From a virus, in IMG/VR virus record IMGVR_UViG_3300025697_000014, positions 1 to 64,000 of that record: a stretch of DNA of 64,000 nucleotides; one strand, written 5' to 3'. The notes under the pieces are model-generated. The model was not told the DNA's origin and made no database searches. It saw only the letters and a program-made list of their open reading frames with translations. Within the stretch, counting starts at the first letter, position 1, and each line of letters begins with the position of its first letter. Below are positions 58,425-64,000 of the stretch, one piece after another. The position numbers and the translations under genes are program-made.

Positions 58425-58693
58425 CATTCCTTGGATGCTATTCGGTATATCACCTCATATACTGGAAGATGGCAGCACGAGATCTGGATACGAGGGTTCG
58501 TGTTGAGTTGAAGGCGTACGGTATTGGTGGAGAGCCAATGCCGACGTTTGTGTCGGTGTATGCTGAGGACGAGGATGACATAGTGTTGCTCAGGAAGTTG
58601 TACTGGGGACATGTCATCCCCCACCTCAGTGAGATCATGGTGTTGGCGGGTCAGCAGATCCGCCGATGGAATCGCCTAAAGGAGTCGAAATGA
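58421..58693 (+). CDS. hypothetical protein
   Basis: ATGA overlap, RBS GGAGG. Confidence 0.45.
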   Translation: MTFLGCYSVYHLIYWKMAARDLDTRVRVELKAYGIGGEPMPTFVSVYAEDEDDIVLLRKLYWGHVIPHLSEIMVLAGQQIRRWNRLKESK

Positions 58694-59070
58694 GTGTCAC
58701 AGTGACGAATGAGAAGGGTCGGATCGTGTTCATGGGCGACGAGGATACTGCGCAGAACTATGTCAGTCTGACAGCTGATCCCAGTCTCTACAAAACATTG
58801 CCCGCAAACGAGGGAGCCGAGCGCTCCTTCAACTCATCCACGGATGAGGCAGTAGTCCGAGCGTTACTTGCGCAGTCCAAGATCCACGGTAGTATCACAG
58901 TGGATCAGGTGTTGGAAGCAACCGGACGCGAGGGAGAGAGAAACCGTTGGACTGCGTACTACAACGCGGTCAAGGAAGGTTCCTCGAATCGGAAGTGGGA
59001 TAGCGTTTGGTGGAAGGAAATCAACGTACGTAAGGCGCAGGTATTACGTGCTATAGCTGCTTCGCAGTAA
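58690..59070 (+). CDS. hypothetical protein
   Basis: ATGA overlap, RBS AAGGAG. Confidence 0.5.
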   Translation: MSVTVTNEKGRIVFMGDEDTAQNYVSLTADPSLYKTLPANEGAERSFNSSTDEAVVRALLAQSKIHGSITVDQVLEATGREGERNRWTAYYNAVKEGSSNRKWDSVWWKEINVRKAQVLRAIAASQ

Positions 59071-59131
59071 GATTTATGGCCCCTGTGTGAGATACAGAGG
59101 CCATAGTCGGGGCTTGCATTGCCCGCATCTG

Positions 59132-59163
59132 GGGGAGAGGTAGTCGGTAACCTACCTCTCTCC
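59132..59163. terminator. hairpin between convergent genes
   Basis: GGGGAGAGGTAG...CTACCTCTCTCC. Confidence 0.55.
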
Positions 59164-59505
59164 GTCTACTGAAATACGAGTGGTGATAAAGTCGGGGAGC
59201 TTCAAACCCAACTTGGCCAGGTTGTCGATGAGATCACCTAGAAGGGTTGTCTCAATAGCAATCCAGGTAATGGGCAACAGCGGTGTGAGAGCACACCAAT
59301 CGCCTATAACCTTGACGACTGCATACCCTAGAACATAGGGCAGCAGCTTGCGCCACAAGAACTCAGCCACCCGTCGGAAGTCGAAGTCCTTCTGTTTGAG
59401 GCCAGCAGCAATAGCCATAACCAGATTGACAACGATATGACCGATGATAAACCGAACATCGGTTGCAGCAAAGAACTTCGCAAGAACACTCAGAATGTTT
59501 TCCAT
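59152..59505 (-). CDS. putative holin (phage holin 4 / TcdE-like)
   Basis: Three hydrophobic segments; C-terminal LIDNLAKLGLKLPDFI pattern; RBS GGAGGT. Confidence 0.6.
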   Translation of the reverse strand: MENILSVLAKFFAATDVRFIIGHIVVNLVMAIAAGLKQKDFDFRRVAEFLWRKLLPYVLGYAVVKVIGDWCALTPLLPITWIAIETTLLGDLIDNLAKLGLKLPDFITTRISVDGER

Positions 59506-59521
59506 ATACACCTCCACTAGT

Positions 59522-59549
59522 ATTATACACAAGGAGTAGTAATGAGCAA
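59522..59549 (-). promoter_or_regulatory. sigma70-type promoter for the holin (TTGCTC-16 bp-TATAAT)
   Basis: TGTGTATAAT upstream of the RBS. Confidence 0.5.
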
Positions 59550-59826
59550 GCCGTTGAGTTCGTTTAGGGACAATGAGTTGCAGCGGGCAGTAGCGCGTCG
59601 TATCAATTCGGCAACGGGTGGTTTAGGCTACTTGTCAGCTATGGACTACCAGGCCGGGAAGGCCACACGGGTCAAGGCTGCGAAAGCTAAGACTGCGCAG
59701 AAAGCCGTTGAGGCTGAAGATGCTAACAATTTCGTTGACGACTATGTTGAGGGAATGGTGACAGCAATGGCTGAGATTGTGGTGGCCGAGATGGAAGCAA
59801 TCGGCTTGGTGGTCAACGCTGAGTAG
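59542..59826 (+). CDS. hypothetical protein
   Basis: RBS AAGGAG. Confidence 0.5.
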   Translation: MSKPLSSFRDNELQRAVARRINSATGGLGYLSAMDYQAGKATRVKAAKAKTAQKAVEAEDANNFVDDYVEGMVTAMAEIVVAEMEAIGLVVNAE

Positions 59827-59863
59827 TTGTAGCATATCTCTTGAATGTGAAAGGGAGATTACG

Positions 59864-61552
59864 ATGGATAGCTTTGCGAGAACGGCGATGGTAGAGGCAG
59901 CTGCGGCAATTGCCATGAATACATATGCTGGTGATCCGTGGCAGCTGGATCGGGTTGATGACATCACAGCAGCGGCTGTTGATGCATGCAATACGTATCG
60001 TCCCTTGGATGGTATGGATGACATCTTCTACCAGGCTAACCACGTACTGGGCACAGCGGCAGCTGCTATGCGACAGGCCGCGAAGGATGACTCGGAGAAC
60101 GACTTCGTACGTTGCTTCTCGGACCTGGTACCGGATGGTATTGGTGACCCGGCGAGATGGCTAGAGGACAAGGTCGGCTCACGTATGATGTTCTCGCCAG
60201 CAAACAGCAACGTCTACGATGAGAACTACGAGTGGGACGTGGAACAGACTGCGTTCTACATTGACGGGAAGTACTGGTCTGTTGACCATCTAGCTCGGGC
60301 ATTGGCTGAGGGTGTATCTACACCTGAGTTGGCAGCTGAGTTCGAGATGGACGACTTCGATGATATCGCGGTTAACACCGAGGTGTTGCGAGATCGTCTG
60401 ACTGTCTGGGCTAGGGGCAGGGATTCGTTTGAGTCCTTGATTCAGGAGAAGGTGGAGGTTGAGGACGCACCTCTGATTAGGACTAGGTTTGGGAGGATGA
60501 CGAAGGATGGTCCCGTTTACACAGGTGAGCGGATGACCAGTGGCAAGACGTTCGAGGGATCTGTCCTCGGCCACGATGAAGCATATGTCGCTCCTCATGA
60601 CTATGCTACAGAGGACTTCTGCTTGGCTGCTGATCTCAGGAAGGGTGCGTTCAAGGATACAGGAGCACCAGGCTTCGATAAGGCCGATCCTGAGATGGTA
60701 GCTAACCGTAACATGCCTCTGATCAAGCGGTTGGCGAAGCATATCAAGATGCTCACGAACGCTTACGATGACCGTCTCCCCGTGGAAGCTGTACTAGATG
60801 GAGAGATTATCGACGGCCTACTAATGGCCATCCATCAAGAGGTATCGTCTCTCAATATCACTGAGTCGTCCTACAACGCGGTGTGTACTGAGTTCGCACG
60901 CCGAGTATCTGGTATCGTTAAGCACAAGGGTGTGCTGGCAACGATCAAGGATAGACTTGGTGTCTCCTGGGACGACTGGGGGAAGGACGAGGAACGTGAT
61001 CCTGTCAGCAGCAAGAAGCTGCGCGACCTCATCATCGAGGAGACAGAAGCGGGTAGGATCTTCGCTAGCAGGGGTGCAATCGTCCTCGCCAAGATCGGCG
61101 GGATGCACCCAGGCCATGCAGCGAAGCTGGGCGATGCCCTGGCAGACCGCTCCAAGAAACTGAAGCGGATACTGGATCAGGGCAAGTTCTCCACGGAAGC
61201 AGAGATCCTGATCGTGGATGGAGTAATGCCGCTATTCAACGAGGGCATTCCCAAGATCCGCATTGGTATCGTTGGCCCCGTCAGAGCAGGTGATGTGTAC
61301 CTGAAGCTGATGGAAGAGCATATCCATAGATACGTTATCGTCGGATGCGATAACAACGCCAAGAACGTAGCGGCTGTCTTGGGTGCTGAGTACTACGCGA
61401 TCCCTGTTAGCGACGACCCGAGAGGGAAGAAGTGGGCAGGCGGTCAGGTGTGTGCGTCGAGTTCACATGCGATGGTAGTTATGCCTGAGAAGTTTCGTAG
61501 CGTAAAGCTACAACAGCTCAAGGCAATGGACGTTGTCGGTTGGTTTGTGTAG
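59864..61552 (+). CDS. large hypothetical protein, possible degenerate C-terminal SLOG-like domain
   Basis: Start MDSFART; C-terminal IRIGIVG...VGCDNNA...A.P....RGKKWAG. Confidence 0.5.
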   Translation: MDSFARTAMVEAAAAIAMNTYAGDPWQLDRVDDITAAAVDACNTYRPLDGMDDIFYQANHVLGTAAAAMRQAAKDDSENDFVRCFSDLVPDGIGDPARWLEDKVGSRMMFSPANSNVYDENYEWDVEQTAFYIDGKYWSVDHLARALAEGVSTPELAAEFEMDDFDDIAVNTEVLRDRLTVWARGRDSFESLIQEKVEVEDAPLIRTRFGRMTKDGPVYTGERMTSGKTFEGSVLGHDEAYVAPHDYATEDFCLAADLRKGAFKDTGAPGFDKADPEMVANRNMPLIKRLAKHIKMLTNAYDDRLPVEAVLDGEIIDGLLMAIHQEVSSLNITESSYNAVCTEFARRVSGIVKHKGVLATIKDRLGVSWDDWGKDEERDPVSSKKLRDLIIEETEAGRIFASRGAIVLAKIGGMHPGHAAKLGDALADRSKKLKRILDQGKFSTEAEILIVDGVMPLFNEGIPKIRIGIVGPVRAGDVYLKLMEEHIHRYVIVGCDNNAKNVAAVLGAEYYAIPVSDDPRGKKWAGGQVCASSSHAMVVMPEKFRSVKLQQLKAMDVVGWFV

Positions 61553-61574
61553 ACGTAGTTTGAGGAGGTTCAGG

Positions 61575-61817
61575 ATGAGCAGCAAGGTAGTTCAGATTTG
61601 GGTGTCAGTGCCCGTGAAGTCCGGCGAAGAGACGAAGTACATCTACATCCGGTTCACCCGGTCGCCCGAGTACGCGAGGACTTTTGTTACACAGTGCCGC
61701 AAGCTCGGTTTCCGTGCCCGGTACGAACACCAGTTCAAGGGTGTGAAGATGTCCACTCCCGCTCAGGTCAGGATGGGATACGCCATTCTGCGCAGTGCTG
61801 GGTATGTGGGGTCGTAG
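61575..61817 (+). CDS. hypothetical protein (paralogue of 54386-54628)
   Basis: RBS GAGGAGG. Confidence 0.6.
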   Translation: MSSKVVQIWVSVPVKSGEETKYIYIRFTRSPEYARTFVTQCRKLGFRARYEHQFKGVKMSTPAQVRMGYAILRSAGYVGS

Positions 61818-61825
61818 TCAACAAA

Positions 61826-61847
61826 GGGGCGGGGGAAACCTCGCCCC
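61826..61847 (+). terminator. GC-rich hairpin with GAAA loop
   Basis: GGGGCGGGG-GAAA-CCTCGCCCC followed by ACTTT. Confidence 0.5.
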
Positions 61848-61867
61848 ACTTTCCATGGGGGATAGAT

Positions 61868-62548
61868 ATGATAGAGACAATTGAGTCGAAAGAACTGCGT
61901 AAACTGGATGCTGTCCTCGGTGGGAAAGCTGGGGTGTATTACAAAGTAAAAGGCAGTACTAATCTCCTCATCAGCAATGAAGTAGCAGAAGCTATTGACT
62001 TCGATAGTCTATGGCCAAAAGTATCTCGTTGTAGTTTCGGTATGAAGAACGGATGGGTTGTGTGGGCACAAGACAATGATGTGTTGCCGTTTGAGGTTTT
62101 GTCTGTAGTACAGCAACATCAGCGGTACTGGTTCAACGTCCACGATATCATGGAAGGTGGTATGTATAGCTTCTATGTGCGAGGTATGGACCTTGACCTG
62201 TCCCGTGTTGTGAGGGAACAGCAAGCTATGTGTATTGGTGTCACACTCATCACATCAAAGATGTTCAGTTCAGAAGGTGTGTTCATCATCGAGGACGACC
62301 TGCTGAGACAGTTCGCATACGAAGCAATGCCCTTTGGTGGAGAACTAAGTCCTGGCTGGGGTACCAGTCGATTGTATACTTATGCGCAGAAGCTGCCCAT
62401 CGAAGGTGGCAGGGGCTGCTTTGTCTATGACGCAGGCCAGATCAGGGAAGGCAGGAAGGTGGTGAAGTCAGCCATGCAGGGCGTCATCTGCAATCTCATT
62501 GACGAAATCCTCGTGTACTCCGATATAATCGCGGCATGCTATGCCTAA
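61868..62548 (+). CDS. hypothetical protein
   Basis: Start MIETIES after the hairpin. Confidence 0.5.
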   Translation: MIETIESKELRKLDAVLGGKAGVYYKVKGSTNLLISNEVAEAIDFDSLWPKVSRCSFGMKNGWVVWAQDNDVLPFEVLSVVQQHQRYWFNVHDIMEGGMYSFYVRGMDLDLSRVVREQQAMCIGVTLITSKMFSSEGVFIIEDDLLRQFAYEAMPFGGELSPGWGTSRLYTYAQKLPIEGGRGCFVYDAGQIREGRKVVKSAMQGVICNLIDEILVYSDIIAACYA

Positions 62549-62996
62549 AGCGAAACCTATACCAACGGTGAAACACCGTCAGGAGGGTGATCGCCATGTC
62601 ATTATCGCTGGATTTAATGATGATGCGATCTATCATCTTGACGAGGTGGTGAAAATCCGGGGCAAGGATCGTCCAGACATCTACAGGTACTGGACATCCA
62701 AGCCCTGGCGGTGGTCATGTCTCTACTATGACCTCGTATCAAAGCAACAGAAGAATGGGCATATCAGCCAGGTCTGGCTACGGTATTGCACATGGCGTTT
62801 TGGTGACGCGGGAGTCGTAGTTGAGATGGTGGGCGCAGAGAACACACGCCTATTCATCTGGGAACAGCACGAGGAAGCTATACGTCTAGCAAGCGACCTC
62901 GCTATCGACGTATGCATTCCCAAGATCGACAAGCGTACATCGCGTCTTCTCGCCAGGTACCGAGTGAAGACAGTAGGCCTGCTAGACTGGCCATAG
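62541..62996 (+). CDS. hypothetical protein
   Basis: Overlaps the end of the previous gene. Confidence 0.5.
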   Translation: MPKAKPIPTVKHRQEGDRHVIIAGFNDDAIYHLDEVVKIRGKDRPDIYRYWTSKPWRWSCLYYDLVSKQQKNGHISQVWLRYCTWRFGDAGVVVEMVGAENTRLFIWEQHEEAIRLASDLAIDVCIPKIDKRTSRLLARYRVKTVGLLDWP

Positions 62997-63022
62997 CATA
63001 GAAGAACAACTAGGAGAGTATC

Positions 63023-63334
63023 ATGATAATCGAAATGACTCAGCAGGTTGATGTTTGGTACAAAGTGATAGATGCAGGACCACGCTCAATTGGAACCATG
63101 CGAGAAAATGACACCATCTGCATCGTGCGATTCCCGTCATGGAAAAGCGCTATCGCGTTTGCAGAAGAGCTTGTTGAGAAAGAGGGTCGGCCAGGAATGA
63201 CACGCAAGAATCTGATGGGGATAACAAGCACACGCCTTCTGTGCGGCGGACTCCAAGAAAGATACGACATTCCATGGCTAGACGATCCCATTAGGCAAGA
63301 AGGCGGTCGTAAAGAACAGATCGAATGCAAATAG
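63023..63334 (+). CDS. hypothetical protein
   Basis: RBS AGGAG. Confidence 0.5.
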   Translation: MIIEMTQQVDVWYKVIDAGPRSIGTMRENDTICIVRFPSWKSAIAFAEELVEKEGRPGMTRKNLMGITSTRLLCGGLQERYDIPWLDDPIRQEGGRKEQIECK

Positions 63335-63343
63335 AATAGGAGA

Positions 63344-63745
63344 GTGCTGATGAAACGCACTAAACAATGGTGGAATCAGCTATCACCTGAAGAGAGAGTA
63401 GAGCTGTGTGCACTAGAGAAGGCTAGCAACCAGCTAGGATTCAGGGGTGGCGGGCTTCCAGACGACTGCTCATCGTGTACATTCTGTGGTAGCCCACATC
63501 TAGGAGTTGGCCTATGCATACATTGTGGAAACACGCTATCTAGGCTGATCAGGAAAGCTAACAACGGCAACGAGATCCTTGTTCTGCGCAGTAGAGTGGT
63601 GCTGCTTGAAGCAGAACTCAGGAAGCTAGAGTGGAGCATGGAGTGGTATGGACACGACATCAACTACTGTCCAGAATGCGGTGAGTATGAAAGCAAAGGA
63701 CACAGGGCAAGCTGTTCGCTAGGAGCAGCATTAGCAGGAGGATAA
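63344..63745 (+). CDS. hypothetical Cys-rich (Zn-finger) protein
   Basis: CTFCG, CIHCG, CPECG...H...C. Confidence 0.5.
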   Translation: MLMKRTKQWWNQLSPEERVELCALEKASNQLGFRGGGLPDDCSSCTFCGSPHLGVGLCIHCGNTLSRLIRKANNGNEILVLRSRVVLLEAELRKLEWSMEWYGHDINYCPECGEYESKGHRASCSLGAALAGG

Positions 63746-63747
63746 CG

Positions 63748-63975
63748 ATGGCACTTACACCAAGTGAGCTTGGAGACCAGATGATAGCTTTTGGCAAGAC
63801 TGCGTTACTACAGAATCAGGTGGAGCGCCTTACCGCCCGTAACACCGAGATGGAAGCAGGACTCAACCACATTATCAAGTGGTGCAAGCAGTCGCATAGC
63901 CTATTCAGTGTCAATCAGCTCGCGAAGGCTATCGGGCGTATGTGTAAAGATGTATTACAGGAGAACGAGACATGA
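63748..63975 (+). CDS. hypothetical coiled-coil protein
   Basis: RBS AGGAGG. Confidence 0.45.
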   Translation: MALTPSELGDQMIAFGKTALLQNQVERLTARNTEMEAGLNHIIKWCKQSHSLFSVNQLAKAIGRMCKDVLQENET

Positions 63976-64000
63976 GCCTAGACGTATATCTAACAGTCAA

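Noticed and set aside
59071-59131. tRNA-like clustered hairpins
   Set aside because: No T-loop (TTCRA) or cloverleaf; more consistent with terminator hairpins.
1-64000. Stop-codon reassignment, integrase or DNA polymerase
   Set aside because: Standard code gives dense, full-length genes ending in all three stops. No integrase or replicative polymerase motifs were recognised; they may lie outside the window.

Overview
This window is a 64-kb segment of a tailed dsDNA phage, probably siphovirus-like. The host is unknown; the endolysin style weakly suggests Chloroflexota. Layout: (1) + strand 131-6344: a ParB-like HTH protein and a recombination module (Cas4-like exonuclease, HNH/NinG-like protein, Sak4-like ATPase, RecA). 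(2) One ~38-kb - strand late operon (44392 to 6396). In order it encodes a glycosyl/methyl/amino/sulfotransferase cluster, a metallophosphoesterase, TerL, portal, scaffold, major capsid, HNH, neck proteins, a GT4 glycosyltransferase, tail tube, tail chaperones, a 2550-aa tape measure, tail tip/fibre proteins and a 1146-aa multi-domain endolysin. (3) + strand 44478-64000: many small genes, including dCTP deaminase, a nucleoside deoxyribosyltransferase, a second sulfotransferase, a 9-member paralogue array, HNHs and a SEC-C protein, plus an isolated - strand holin. The most striking signal is in the tape-measure protein: its N-terminal ~1300 aa carry, in the correct order, motifs resembling both double-psi beta-barrels of multisubunit RNA polymerases, with a variant catalytic loop (DKDDD). 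This suggests a tail-tape-fused virion RNA polymerase. It co-occurs with repeated multi-hairpin intergenic elements ahead of the putative early genes and a strongly over-represented palindrome (TTCTGCGCAGAA-like) dispersed across the window. All calls are from manual motif reading; no database searches were run.
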